A DNA stretch of 64,000 nucleotides. It comes from Candidatus Fermentibacterota bacterium (lineage in GTDB: Bacteria; Fermentibacterota; Fermentibacteria; Fermentibacterales; JCC-6). The notes under the pieces are model-generated. The model ran no database searches. It was not told where the DNA came from and saw only the letters and a program-made list of their open reading frames with translations. Below are positions 43,611 to 53,504 of the stretch, piece after piece. How positions within the stretch are numbered: the stretch's first letter is position 1; each line of letters opens with the position of its first letter. The stretch covers positions 905,608 through 969,607 of the forward strand of contig CAWJQI010000005.1 in assembly GCA_963845085.1 (NCBI GenBank). The letters run 5' to 3'. The position numbers were made by a program, and so were the translations under genes.

Positions 43611-44826
43611 CTTCGCTGACTCCCTTCAGAATGTGGCCCATCTTGCTCTTCTTGGTGGCCAGGTAGAACCTGTTGTCGTCGGTTGGGTCGATCTCGAGGC
43701 TCACCCTCTCAGTAATGGTGAGACCGTAGCCCGACAGCCCGACGATCTTCTTCGGATTGTTCGTGAGAAGCCTGATCGTGGTGAGCCCCAGACGCGAAAG
43801 TATCTGGGCCCCCGTGCCGTACTCTCGAAGATCGGGCGCGAACCCGAGCTTCTCGTTGGCTTCCACCGTATCAAGGCCGTGGTCCTGGAGGTGATAGGCC
43901 CTGATCTTGTTGGCGAGGCCGATACCCCTGCCCTCCTGGGCCATGTAGAGCAGCACGCCCATTCCCTCGTCCGATATTCTCTGCATGGCGTGGTGAAGCT
44001 GCGAGCCGCAATCGCACCTGCGGCTCTGAAACACATCGCCGGTGAGGCACTGCGAGTGCACCCTCACCAGAACGTTTTCGGCACCCCGGACATCCCCCTT
44101 CGTCAGGGCGACATGGGTTGCGCCGTCGACGAGGCTTCGGAATACCATCATCCGGAACACACCGAATTCCGTCGGCAGATCGGCCTCGGCCTGCATCTCG
44201 ACAAGCACCTCGGTCCGCCTGCGGTGGTTTACGAGCTCCGCAACCGAAGTGATCAGAAGACCGTGCTTCCTGCCGAACTCCCTGAGCTGCGGCAGCCTTG
44301 CCATCGTGCCGTCATCGTTCATAACCTCGCAGATGACCCCTGCAGGGAAAAGGCCGGCAAGCCTCGTGAAATCGACAGCCGCCTCGGTGTGGCCGACCCG
44401 TGTCAGTACCCCGCCCTCCCTGGCTGCAAGGGGAAAGATGTGACCGGGTCTGGCCAGGTCTTCCGGGTTCGAGCCGGGGTTGATTGCGACTGCGATCGTC
44501 CTTGCCCTGTCGGCCGCGCTTATACCTGTCGAAACGCCCCTGGCAGCATCGATGCTGACGGTGAAGGCCGTCTCGTGCAGCGAGGTGTTCCTGGGGCACA
44601 TGTCCCGCAGGTCAAGCCTTTCGAGCGCCTTTTTCTCCATCGCAAGGCAAATGAGCCCCCTGGCGTGCCTTGCCATGAAGTTCACGGCCTCGGTTCCGCA
44701 GTGCTGGGCGGCAATGAGGATGTCACCCTCGTTCTCCCTGTTCTCGTCATCGACAACGATGACCATGCCGCCGTTCGAAAGGACTGCAAGCGTCTCGGGA
44801 ACGGTGGCGAATTCATCCCTGTTCAA
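43594..44826 (-). CDS. ribBA: bifunctional 3,4-dihydroxy-2-butanone-4-phosphate synthase / GTP cyclohydrolase II
   Basis: Motifs [28 protein letters not shown]...RCDCG and EGRGIGL. The start is TTG. Confidence 0.93.
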   Translation of the reverse strand: MNRDEFATVPETLAVLSNGGMVIVVDDENRENEGDILIAAQHCGTEAVNFMARHARGLICLAMEKKALERLDLRDMCPRNTSLHETAFTVSIDAARGVSTGISAADRARTIAVAINPGSNPEDLARPGHIFPLAAREGGVLTRVGHTEAAVDFTRLAGLFPAGVICEVMNDDGTMARLPQLREFGRKHGLLITSVAELVNHRRRTEVLVEMQAEADLPTEFGVFRMMVFRSLVDGATHVALTKGDVRGAENVLVRVHSQCLTGDVFQSRRCDCGSQLHHAMQRISDEGMGVLLYMAQEGRGIGLANKIRAYHLQDHGLDTVEANEKLGFAPDLREYGTGAQILSRLGLTTIRLLTNNPKKIVGLSGYGLTITERVSLEIDPTDDNRFYLATKKSKMGHILKGVSEDGVDS

Positions 44827-45425
44827 TCTTCTCCTTCAATCCGGGCACATTCAGCCCCATGCCTTTTTGCACGTATTTTCCGATAATGTCGAATTCAAGG
44901 TTGACCGGCGCGCCCGGTTTCCACTCTCCGGCGTTCGTTCTGGAAAGGGTCTCGGGTATCACCATGACGGTGAAACCCGCTCCGGGCACGATGTCGGCAA
45001 CGGTCAGGCTGATGCCGTCAACCGCGACCGATCCTTTTTCAACGAGAAGACAGTGCCAGCGCTTGTCGCACGATACCCGGACAAGGGCGAACCCGCCGTC
45101 GCGACGGACAGCTCCCACAGTTCCGGTGCAGTCAATATGGCCGGTAACAAGATGGCCGTGAAGTCTGCCGTCGAGCCGGAGCGGTCTCTCAAGGTTCACC
45201 CGCCCCCCCGTCCTGAAGGGGGCAGTCCTGCGAAGGGTTTCGGGGCTCACCCTGAAAGCGGCATCGTTAAGGTGAACCTTCTCAACCGAAAGACACGAAC
45301 CGTTTACTGCGAGGCTTTCCCCGCAGCCCAATTCGGGTGCGAGACGGGTTTCGATGACAAGAAGGCTTCCGGTGGAAACCACCCTGCCCATATCCTCAAT
45401 CAACCCGGTAAACAAGCCTGCCCTC
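44813..45425 (-). CDS. ribE: riboflavin synthase (alpha chain)
   Basis: The conserved N-terminus (L->M)FTGLIEDMG starts at TTG 45425, with GGAGG 6 nt upstream. Internal duplication is visible (NGSCLSV / DGISLTV). Confidence 0.88.
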
Positions 45426-46457
45426 CACAACTGTATCTCCGTCAAGGTTTTCGGTCCGCGTATCCTCGAGCGAAAGGGCGCTGCCGATGTCCGCCACCCA
45501 GAGGTCGTGAAAAACCGGCAGACCACCGCTGCCGAGAAGCTTCGGGGCGGTGAACATGCTCAGCCTGTCAACCAGCCCCTCGTTCACCAGGGCTGTAGCA
45601 AGGCTGGGGCCCCCCTCGCAGAGCACCAGCCCGAGGTTCATCTGACGAGTCCGGGTGAGCAGGTTGCACAGGTCGGTGAACCTGATGGTTTCCCCCGGAG
45701 GTGTCCAGGAACACCCTTCAGGCATTGCGGTGATGGTCCGTCCGCCGTCGGAGTAGACCTTGAGACCCTCGGGAAGAGGGTTTCCGGTGACTATGACCCT
45801 TGCGGGGCCGGGGCCGGGGCCGCCTGCAAGAAGGGAAGGGTTGTCCCTCCGGGCAGTTCCCGAGCCTATCATCACGGCGTGTGCGCCCCGCCTCATCTCC
45901 CTGACCCTTTCCCTGGAGCGTTCACCTGTTATCCAGCGGCTGCTCCCGTCGGAAGCTGCCGCCCTGCCGTCAAGCGAGACCGCCATTTTCAGGTGGAGGA
46001 AGCTCCGCCCGGTATCCATGCAGTGAATCCAGACACGGTTGAGATCGCGGGCCTCGGCTTCGAGAATGCCCACCTCGACTGTTACGCCGTGTTCACGAAG
46101 AAAGGCGATCCCGCGCCCGCTGACCCTGGGGTCGGGGTCGACCATGGCAGCAACCACCCTTTTCACCCCGCTCGATACAATGGTCTCGACACACGGCGGG
46201 GTTCTTCCCTGGTGAGCGCAGGGCTCGAGTGTGACCACCAGTGTGGCCCCGGCGAGCTTTCCGGATGCCATGTTCATGGCTCCGATCTCCGCATGGGATG
46301 AACCGCAGCATTCATGATGTGATTCACCGATGATGCGGCCCTGCCCGTCAAGTATGACCGCCCCCACCATTGGGTTGGGAAAAACGGAAGGCCAGCCGTT
46401 CCCGGCAATGGCCAGCGCCCTTTCCATCGCGGCAAGCTCGACGGGGCTGACGTTCAC
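45396..46457 (-). CDS. ribD: riboflavin biosynthesis protein RibD (pyrimidine deaminase / uracil reductase)
   Basis: Deaminase zinc motifs HAE...LEPCAHQGRTPPC, followed by a C-terminal reductase domain. The GTG at 46457 overlaps the upstream stop (GTGA). Confidence 0.9.
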   Translation of the reverse strand: MNVSPVELAAMERALAIAGNGWPSVFPNPMVGAVILDGQGRIIGESHHECCGSSHAEIGAMNMASGKLAGATLVVTLEPCAHQGRTPPCVETIVSSGVKRVVAAMVDPDPRVSGRGIAFLREHGVTVEVGILEAEARDLNRVWIHCMDTGRSFLHLKMAVSLDGRAAASDGSSRWITGERSRERVREMRRGAHAVMIGSGTARRDNPSLLAGGPGPGPARVIVTGNPLPEGLKVYSDGGRTITAMPEGCSWTPPGETIRFTDLCNLLTRTRQMNLGLVLCEGGPSLATALVNEGLVDRLSMFTAPKLLGSGGLPVFHDLWVADIGSALSLEDTRTENLDGDTVVEGRLVYRVD

Positions 46458-47866
46458 TCCGATATCTCCCTGACGCTGAGACGGCCTATCACTGCATTTA
46501 TCGTGTACTGGTCCTCGAGGCTTCCCATTGCAAGAATGATGTGCGTTGCGTCGGCCAGAAGCATGCCGAAAGTGGGGTCCATCGCGACCCATCGCCCTAT
46601 CCAGACCGCGGGCCAGGCATGGTAACCGAACCTTCCCTCATCGATGTAAACTATTCCGTTGCAGACCGTTGCCGGAATGCCCGCCGCCCTGGCAAGTGCG
46701 ACAAACAGGGCGGTGTGCTCGTTGCAGTCGCCCCGCATCGCATCAAGAACATCCACTGCCGAGGGGAGGGAGACTGTCGGCACATCCGAAACAGCCACGT
46801 CCACGTAACGGCAGATCGCGGCGGCGGCTTCCCACGAGTCAGCGGAACCTTCGGTAAGACTGTCCGCAAGAGCCATTATGGCAGGGTCGTCACACTGGAT
46901 GAGGGGTTCGGACGCAAGAAACGGAAGCAGGCTGTCGGGTGTTTCCACGATGGGGAAGGGGAGTATGAGGTCTGACTCGGGCATCACCGAACTTACCGTA
47001 ACCAGGGGGCCGGGGGCCGAAGCCTGAAGGTCGGGATAGTCGAGGATGAACAGGTCCCAGTCGATGTCGCCTTCAAGAGACCACTGCCTTTCGCCCGCCG
47101 ACCTGGGGTTGTTTACGGTGGTCGAAGCCACCGAGTAGAGCATGTAGAGATCGCTTCCGGGATCTATCTCCCCGTCCGTGCCGGGCGGAACCCTTGTGAG
47201 CACCATTCCCAGCCCCTGCTCCTCCTCCCTGACGATCTGGCCTTCGTGCACCCATACAAGGGTTCTCATTCCGGCCTGGCTGATCTCAAGACGGAACGCA
47301 TCGACAGGATCACCGAGAAGGTCGGCCGTTTCAGAAGCCTGGCATGTCACTGTCGCCTCGAGGATCGTTCCGGTCGAGGGGTCAAAGGTCTCGTAGACCC
47401 TCACATCCCCGGGGGACCACAGCATGCCGGCGGCGGCAAGGTCCATGAAGGCGGGGAGGTAATCGCCCTCGAATGCGACGTTCCGGGTGATCAGGCGGCC
47501 CGAGGTGTCAATCGTGGTCTCGACGACTCCCTCCCCCCTCACGGCGTTCACGCGGATGTCGCTCGTTCCGTCACTCATCACCATTGTCAGAGTGCCCAGG
47601 TCAAAATCAAGCCCGGTCCGGGCTTCGGAGGTCATGGAAACCCTTCTCTCGGTGCCCAGAAGCACGATCACCCACTCCATGTCCTGGCGGACAAGAAGAG
47701 AGTCGGTGCCGAGCTTTTCCACGGCCATGTTCATGTAGCCGACACTTTGATCGCGCAGGCTGACCGCGAACCTCTGCAGGTCGGCGGAGGCGTAGCTGGC
47801 CCTGGGCTGCGGGGCGCTGCATGAAAGCAAAAACAGCAAGGGCAGAAGACGCAGAAGCATGGTCAT
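46454..47866 (-). CDS. transglutaminase-like lipoprotein
   Basis: Lipobox LLSCSA. The C-terminal transglutaminase core is RGDCNEHTALFVALARAAGIPA...GYHAWPAVW...MDPT (Cys-His-Asp). ATGA overlap with wecB. Confidence 0.8.
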   Translation of the reverse strand: MTMLLRLLPLLFLLSCSAPQPRASYASADLQRFAVSLRDQSVGYMNMAVEKLGTDSLLVRQDMEWVIVLLGTERRVSMTSEARTGLDFDLGTLTMVMSDGTSDIRVNAVRGEGVVETTIDTSGRLITRNVAFEGDYLPAFMDLAAAGMLWSPGDVRVYETFDPSTGTILEATVTCQASETADLLGDPVDAFRLEISQAGMRTLVWVHEGQIVREEEQGLGMVLTRVPPGTDGEIDPGSDLYMLYSVASTTVNNPRSAGERQWSLEGDIDWDLFILDYPDLQASAPGPLVTVSSVMPESDLILPFPIVETPDSLLPFLASEPLIQCDDPAIMALADSLTEGSADSWEAAAAICRYVDVAVSDVPTVSLPSAVDVLDAMRGDCNEHTALFVALARAAGIPATVCNGIVYIDEGRFGYHAWPAVWIGRWVAMDPTFGMLLADATHIILAMGSLEDQYTINAVIGRLSVREISE

Positions 47867-48921
47867 CCCAAGTCTCCTTGAAGAAAACTGCAGATCGCTG
47901 CCACGGCGCGCTTCCCAGCACTGCCATCCCAGAACGGGATCTCCGTGGGCGCAATTCCGCGTTTGGAAAGCCTCTCCCCAACCGCCGACGGTATGCCTTC
48001 CGGTTCGGGGCAGAGAACATTCGTTCCGATTTCACATGTGACAGGACGCTCGGTGTTCGGCCGTACGGTGACGCACGGTATCCCCATCACGCTCGTCTCC
48101 TCCTGAACGCCGCCCGAATCGGTGATCACCACCGCAGCCCCCCTCTGGTGGGCTATGAAGGACAGGTAGGGAAGGGGCGGAATAATGGTGAGATTTGCAG
48201 GGATCCTGTCTCCGAGCCCCCACTCCCCGATACTCTTCAGAGTTCTCGGATGGGCCGGAAACACAAGGGGCAATTCAACACGCCCCAGGGCCAGAAGGAT
48301 CCTTTCCAGCCTGCAGGCGTCGTCAACATTTCCGGGACGGTGCAGGGTCACGAGGCCGTAGTCGCCTTCCGGGACGACGATGCCCTCGGTCTCGGGCAGA
48401 AGGCGGAGCAGCGTGTCAATCATCGTGTTGCCCGTCATCACGATCGATCCGACGGGCCTTCCCTCGGCGACGAGGTTGTCGCGTGCCTCGGCGCTGGTGA
48501 TCAGCAGCAGGTCGGCGATCTGATCGGTCAGGAGCCTGTTTATCTCCTCGGGCATGGTGCGGTCGAAGCTTCGCAGTCCCGCCTCAAGATGCACTACCGG
48601 AACCCCGTGGCGCACGGCAACAAGTGAGCATGCGAGCGTTGAGTTCACATCGCCCACCACCACCAGGGCCTCGGGGGGGCGGGCGAGGAGGATCGGCTCG
48701 TAGGCCTCCATTATCCGGGCGGTCTGGGAGGAGATGGACCCGCCTCCGCAGCCGAGCGAAACATCGGGTTTCGGGAGGCCGAGCTGGTCGAAGAAGCTTC
48801 CCGACATGGAATAATCGTAGTGCTGGCCGGTGTGAACTATGCGGCGGGGAAACGATGCCGCCCTGACCAGCGAATCGATCTTCATGAAGTTCGGCCTTGC
48901 GCCGCACACCAGGTCAATCAA
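47863..48921 (-). CDS. wecB: UDP-N-acetylglucosamine 2-epimerase (non-hydrolysing)
   Basis: Motifs GARPNFMK, VGDVNSTLA, HLEAGLRSFD..MPEEINR and TDSGGVQEE. A TTG at 48921 overlapping the rpiB stop gives ~350 aa. Confidence 0.88.
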   Translation of the reverse strand: MIDLVCGARPNFMKIDSLVRAASFPRRIVHTGQHYDYSMSGSFFDQLGLPKPDVSLGCGGGSISSQTARIMEAYEPILLARPPEALVVVGDVNSTLACSLVAVRHGVPVVHLEAGLRSFDRTMPEEINRLLTDQIADLLLITSAEARDNLVAEGRPVGSIVMTGNTMIDTLLRLLPETEGIVVPEGDYGLVTLHRPGNVDDACRLERILLALGRVELPLVFPAHPRTLKSIGEWGLGDRIPANLTIIPPLPYLSFIAHQRGAAVVITDSGGVQEETSVMGIPCVTVRPNTERPVTCEIGTNVLCPEPEGIPSAVGERLSKRGIAPTEIPFWDGSAGKRAVAAICSFLQGDLG

Positions 48922-49357
48922 GAGTGTCGTCCTGTTCCAGCATGCCGAGCCTTGTCTCGTGGCGTCCGCCCTCGAACTCGCCGCAGAGAAACGCGGTTGT
49001 GATTTCCCAGGCGTGGAACGGCGCCGTGAACCCCCCGGCAAGCACCAGAACGTTCGCGTTGTTGTGACGCCTTGAAAACGATGCCATCGTGGTGTTGAGG
49101 CAGAGGGCCGCGCGGATGCCGTGATGCCTGTTGGCCGCGATGCTCATGCCGATCCCGGAGTTGCACACGAGGATTCCCGTCTCGCAGCGTCCGGAGAGGA
49201 TTTCCCGGCAAAGGCTTCGGGCGTAGTCGGGGTAGTGGACGGACCGGAGGCTGTCGGTGCCGAGGTCGAGAACCTGGTGACCGGACCCGGACAGGCTCTG
49301 CACCAGAAAGGCCTTAAGGGGAAACCCGGCATGATCGGATGCGATTGCCAGTTTCAA
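48914..49357 (-). CDS. rpiB: ribose-5-phosphate isomerase B
   Basis: The N-terminus KLAIASDHAGFPLK and CNSGIGMSIAANR are RpiB/LacAB motifs. The TTG at 49357 lies directly after the ptb stop. Confidence 0.88.
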   Translation of the reverse strand: MKLAIASDHAGFPLKAFLVQSLSGSGHQVLDLGTDSLRSVHYPDYARSLCREILSGRCETGILVCNSGIGMSIAANRHHGIRAALCLNTTMASFSRRHNNANVLVLAGGFTAPFHAWEITTAFLCGEFEGGRHETRLGMLEQDDTLD

Positions 49358-49358
49358 T

Positions 49359-50279
49359 TCAGGCCCTTGCCGAATTGAAGGCCACAACACCCGAAAGAAC
49401 AAGGCTGCAAAGCTTGCTCTCGGCGCTGTCAGCCCTGCTGGTGAGGATCACCGGGTTCCTTGCGCCCATGATCACCGCTCCGAGTTCGCCGCCCGCGAGG
49501 AATATCAGGCTCTTGTAGAGAACATTGGCCGCTTCGATGTCGGGCAGGATAAGGATGTCCGCGTTGCCGGCAACTGGACCCGTGACCTTTTTGATCCTGA
49601 CGGATTCCATGGATACCGCCAGGTCGAGGGCGAGAGGCCCCTGGAAGAGGATGTTGCCGAAGGCGCCAGCGTCGGCCAGCTTCTGCATCCGGTCGGCCTC
49701 GAGCGTGCAGGGCATCTTGTCGTAGGGAACTTCCTTGGCACACACGTAGGTGCACTTCGGCGGATCGATCCCGAGCGCGCGGGCAACAATGATCGCGTTC
49801 CTGAGCATTTCCTGCTTCTGCTCGAAATCGGGGGCGATGTTCATCGCGGCATCCGTCACAATGATAAGCTTCGGGTAGGTCGGAACCTCGAAGGCGGCGA
49901 CATGGCTGAGAAGGCCTTCTCCCCTTATGCCGTGGTCCTTGTCGAGAACCGCCTTCAGGAAAGTGCTGCTCGCGACCAGACCCTTCATGAGAACGCCGGC
50001 CTCACCCCTCCTCACGAGGTCGACCCCGGCGAAGGCGCTGTCATGATCGTCCTTCGCGTCAACGATCCTCACACCGTTGAGGTCGAACCCGGCTTCATCC
50101 GCAGCTTCGCGGACGGCCGCCTCGGGACCGACAAGGATGCAGTCCACCATGCCGCCGGTCACCGCTTCGCGCACTGCAATAAGGGTTTCAACCTCATCGG
50201 CCCTGACCACTGAAACGGTCTGGGAAGGAAGATCACGGGCAAGCTGCTTCAATTGTGAAAGGCTGCTGACAGGTTTCAT
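49359..50279 (-). CDS. ptb: phosphate butyryl/acetyl-transferase (short PTA_PTB type)
   Basis: ~306 aa with a C-terminal region (GNADILILPDIEAANVLYK) typical of phosphate butyryltransferases. The ATG at 50279 has a GGAGAGG RBS. A buk gene is also present in the window. Confidence 0.85.
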   Translation of the reverse strand: MKPVSSLSQLKQLARDLPSQTVSVVRADEVETLIAVREAVTGGMVDCILVGPEAAVREAADEAGFDLNGVRIVDAKDDHDSAFAGVDLVRRGEAGVLMKGLVASSTFLKAVLDKDHGIRGEGLLSHVAAFEVPTYPKLIIVTDAAMNIAPDFEQKQEMLRNAIIVARALGIDPPKCTYVCAKEVPYDKMPCTLEADRMQKLADAGAFGNILFQGPLALDLAVSMESVRIKKVTGPVAGNADILILPDIEAANVLYKSLIFLAGGELGAVIMGARNPVILTSRADSAESKLCSLVLSGVVAFNSARA

Positions 50280-50499
50280 GTTTTCCTCTCCCCGGAACTG
50301 TAAAACGTTTGCGGAACGACAAAATGCAGTATGAAATATACCCCTGCAACATCCCGTCACCAAAAGGCGGTGCGTGAGTTGACAAGCATTGATCCCGAAA
50401 CGAGATTAGGAGTTAGGATGAATGCTTCTGCATCATGTTAACAATATACATCTTGCATAAAATGAGCATTCTTACTGCAACTCCTGGAAGGATCCCAAG

Positions 50500-51825
50500 A
50501 TGAAACGGATAGCCGCTGACAAGGTGAAGGCCACCATCGCGGAACACATGCTCGCCGATGGTTACGACATAGCTCTTGATCTCAGGAAAAGCCGTGGCGG
50601 AACCATTCACGATGCCGTTACCGGGAAGGACTACCTTGACCTTTTCAGCTTCTTTGCCAGCGCCCCCCTGGGCATGAACCACCCCGCCCTCACCACCCCG
50701 GAGTGGCTCAGACACCTCGGCGAAACCGCCGTCAACAACCCCAGCAACAGCGATTTCTACACCGAGGAAATGGCGCTTTTTGTAAAGACATTCGCCGAGA
50801 ACACCATTCCGGCAAGCCATCCCCATCTCTTCTTCATCTCCGGCGGCGCCCTTGCGGTCGAGAACGCCCTGAAAACCGCCTTTGACTGGAAGGTCAGGAA
50901 AAACATCGCAGCGGGCAGGGGCGAGATCGGAACCAGAGTCATCCATTTCCGCAACGCCTTCCACGGCCGCTCCGGCTATACGCTCAGCCTGACGAACACC
51001 GCCGATCCCCGCAAGTACATGTACTTCCCGAAATTCGAGGATTGGCCGCGTGTCGACGCACCCCGGATCGTGTTTCCGCTCGAAGGCAACCTCGAAGCCG
51101 TCGAGGCGGCCGAAAAGGAATCACTCGCCCAGATCGACAGGGCTATCGAGCAGAACGGCCATCACATCGCCTGCCTCATCATCGAGCCCATCCAGGGCGA
51201 GGGCGGCGACAACCACTTCCGTCGCGAATTCTTCCAGGCCCTTCGTGAAAGGGCTGACCGACACGACTTCATGCTCATCTACGACGAGATACAGACCGGA
51301 ATGGGACTCACCGGGAATTGGTGGGCCTGGCAGGGCATAGGCGTCCCCCCCGACATCTTCTGCTTCGGCAAGAAGGCCCAGATCTGCGGCATTGCATGCA
51401 GCTCGCGGGTTGACGAGGTTCCGAACAATGTCTTCCGCGAATCGAGCCGCATCAACTCGACATGGGGTGGAAACCTCGTCGACATGGTCCGGTGCACAGC
51501 CTTCGTCGAGATAATGGCCCGCGAGAACACCCTCGAGAACGTGCGCATCCAGGGTGAGGCCGTCCTCGCCGGTCTTCACAGACTGGAGAAGAGATTTCAG
51601 GGCAAGGTCTGCGCCGCCCGGGGCAGGGGGCTCATGTGCGCCTTCGACCTCGTCGACGGCGCTTCACGCGATGCCCTTGTGAACAGAATTTTCGCCAACG
51701 GAGCCATTATTCTCCCATGCGGAACGCGTTCCATCCGCTTCAGACCGCCTCTCAACATCTCCTCCGAAGAGGTCGTGAAGGCCCTTGGAATAATCGAAAG
51801 ATCAATGGAGGAATTGTTTGCCTGA
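50500..51825 (+). CDS. lat: L-lysine 6-(epsilon)-transaminase, class III aminotransferase
   Basis: The sequence follows the known LAT pattern from N-terminus to C-terminus: GGALAVENALK(T/A)AFDWK, FHGRSGYTLSLTNT, EPIQGEGGD, FGKK and STWGGNL. Confidence 0.9.
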   Translation: MKRIAADKVKATIAEHMLADGYDIALDLRKSRGGTIHDAVTGKDYLDLFSFFASAPLGMNHPALTTPEWLRHLGETAVNNPSNSDFYTEEMALFVKTFAENTIPASHPHLFFISGGALAVENALKTAFDWKVRKNIAAGRGEIGTRVIHFRNAFHGRSGYTLSLTNTADPRKYMYFPKFEDWPRVDAPRIVFPLEGNLEAVEAAEKESLAQIDRAIEQNGHHIACLIIEPIQGEGGDNHFRREFFQALRERADRHDFMLIYDEIQTGMGLTGNWWAWQGIGVPPDIFCFGKKAQICGIACSSRVDEVPNNVFRESSRINSTWGGNLVDMVRCTAFVEIMARENTLENVRIQGEAVLAGLHRLEKRFQGKVCAARGRGLMCAFDLVDGASRDALVNRIFANGAIILPCGTRSIRFRPPLNISSEEVVKALGIIERSMEELFA

Positions 51826-51852
51826 CGCATCCGGGAACGGAGCCCGACAGGA

Positions 51853-52626
51853 ATGACAACCGGCATCTTCAGCGGACACAAGCTTGAGATCGCCAGGGTG
51901 GCCCATCACCTGGCGATCATGGGGTGGTGCGAGGGGAACGCCGGGAATATTTCCCTCCTGCTGCCCAGGGGTGAGTACACGCCCGAAGACCATCTTCAGG
52001 CATCCATGCCCCTTCCCGAACAGGTCAGGCCGCTCGCGGGAAGAACGATACTCATCACCACGAGCGGCAGCCGCTTCAGGCGAATGATGACCGACATGGA
52101 GACGTCCATCGTTCCGGTAACCGTTTCACGCTTCGGCAACTCCATACTCTGGCCGCAGGAGTACCACAGGCCGTCCAGCGAGATATCGACCCATCTTCAG
52201 GTGCTTGCCCTGGCCGAGGCCCGGGGATGGCCCTCGGCCTCCATCGTGCACACCCACTCCACATCCATGCTCGCCCTTTCTTCCAGCGATCTTCCCGGGG
52301 AGACCCTCGAGGATGCCATGTGGAGGGCGCACCCCGAGCTGTCGCAACTGCTGGACCGGGGGCTTCACTTCCTCGACTTCCAGACCCCCGGAACCTGGGA
52401 CCTCGGTCGGAGCACTGCCGAGCTGTTCGCCAACTCCGATATCGTGGTCTGGCGGAAACACGGGATCCTCGCCTTCGGGCCCGACCCTGAAACGGCCTGC
52501 GACTATGTCGAACTCGCGGAAAAGGCCGCGGTCCTGCTGCTGTTGGAAATGAACGCCTTCGGCCGCTTCCAGGGGCTGAAGGACAGGGAGTTGAAGGTCC
52601 TGCGCGATGATCTCGCGAAGGAGTGA
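51853..52626 (+). CDS. class II aldolase/adducin-family protein (RhaD-like)
   Basis: Motifs GWCEGNAGNISLLL, SSEISTHLQ and IVHTHS. Confidence 0.8.
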   Translation: MTTGIFSGHKLEIARVAHHLAIMGWCEGNAGNISLLLPRGEYTPEDHLQASMPLPEQVRPLAGRTILITTSGSRFRRMMTDMETSIVPVTVSRFGNSILWPQEYHRPSSEISTHLQVLALAEARGWPSASIVHTHSTSMLALSSSDLPGETLEDAMWRAHPELSQLLDRGLHFLDFQTPGTWDLGRSTAELFANSDIVVWRKHGILAFGPDPETACDYVELAEKAAVLLLLEMNAFGRFQGLKDRELKVLRDDLAKE

Positions 52627-52720
52627 GACTGCCACCATGTGGACACGGCCTTCATCCGGGGCTATATCACCATGTTGCGTTTTTGTGGGTGTTCCATACG
52701 TGAAAGGTACTGATCATAGA

Positions 52721-53503
52721 ATGAAGATAAACATCCTTTTCGCCGTCGTTCTGGCTGCTCTGATTGCCGGATGCAACACGCAGGGTCCTTTGAATCCCGA
52801 GGGATCCCTCCCGATAGTGACCGGGCTCACCCTTCGCGAAGATGCCTGCAAGGGGGATACGATCGTTTTCACATGGGATTCCGTGGCGGTCGAGGTGGAT
52901 GACTTCGCCCTCTGGTACTCCGACAATCCGCAGTTCGTCTGGATGAAGGCAGGGGACTTCGAAGGGCTTCAGGGATACCACGTTGCTGAACGCTGCCTGA
53001 CGTACAGTGTATGGGCCCAGAGGGGGGAAGACCACTCGTCCGCCCTCTCTTCAAGGGTCCTGCTCACCACCAATTCCCTCGGAGGCGCCACCGCGCCGGC
53101 TTCAGACCGCGAGGCCGGTTTCTCCATCACCCCCGACACCATCATCGGCGGCGACGCCACCAATCCGGAATTCGCACAGGATTTCTTCCTTCGCTCGGAC
53201 ATGATGGGTTACGTTCTCTACAGCGGCAACTCCGACCCGAGGAGATGCCCGGGCGGACGCCCGTCACGCCTGGCTCCGGCCATCGGCGACGGCTTCAAGG
53301 CTCCCAAGCCCGACAGCCCTCTCTGGACCGACACCCTTGCCCTGCTCACTTCGCCCAGGTTCTTCATCGAACTTGAAGACGGCCACTACGGCAGATTCAT
53401 GGCGATGGTCTACCAGAACCCCGATACCCTCCAGACCGGCATGATCGCCGAGGTAATGAACTTCGACTACCAGCCGATCCGCCGTGTGAGGTTGTTCGAC
53501 TAG
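52721..53503 (+). CDS. hypothetical lipoprotein
   Basis: The ATG at 52721 gives MKINILFAVVLAALIAGCN (lipobox). I recognise no family. Confidence 0.6.
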   Translation: MKINILFAVVLAALIAGCNTQGPLNPEGSLPIVTGLTLREDACKGDTIVFTWDSVAVEVDDFALWYSDNPQFVWMKAGDFEGLQGYHVAERCLTYSVWAQRGEDHSSALSSRVLLTTNSLGGATAPASDREAGFSITPDTIIGGDATNPEFAQDFFLRSDMMGYVLYSGNSDPRRCPGGRPSRLAPAIGDGFKAPKPDSPLWTDTLALLTSPRFFIELEDGHYGRFMAMVYQNPDTLQTGMIAEVMNFDYQPIRRVRLFD

Positions 53504-53504
53504 C

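Noticed and set aside
46457-46600. Looked for an FMN riboswitch leader upstream of ribD, and for a cobalamin riboswitch upstream of the mutase at 56442.
   Set aside because: Both genes overlap the stop codon of the preceding gene (GTGA and ATGA respectively), so no leader sequence is available.
50380-50500. AT-rich divergent intergenic region between ptb and lat with an 8-bp palindrome TGTTAACA (50437-50444), a TTGACA box (50379-50384) and a TAAAAT box (50458-50463).
   Set aside because: I could not find -35/-10 pairs with acceptable spacing for either direction, and a single 8-bp palindrome is weak evidence for an operator. I have left it unannotated rather than guess.
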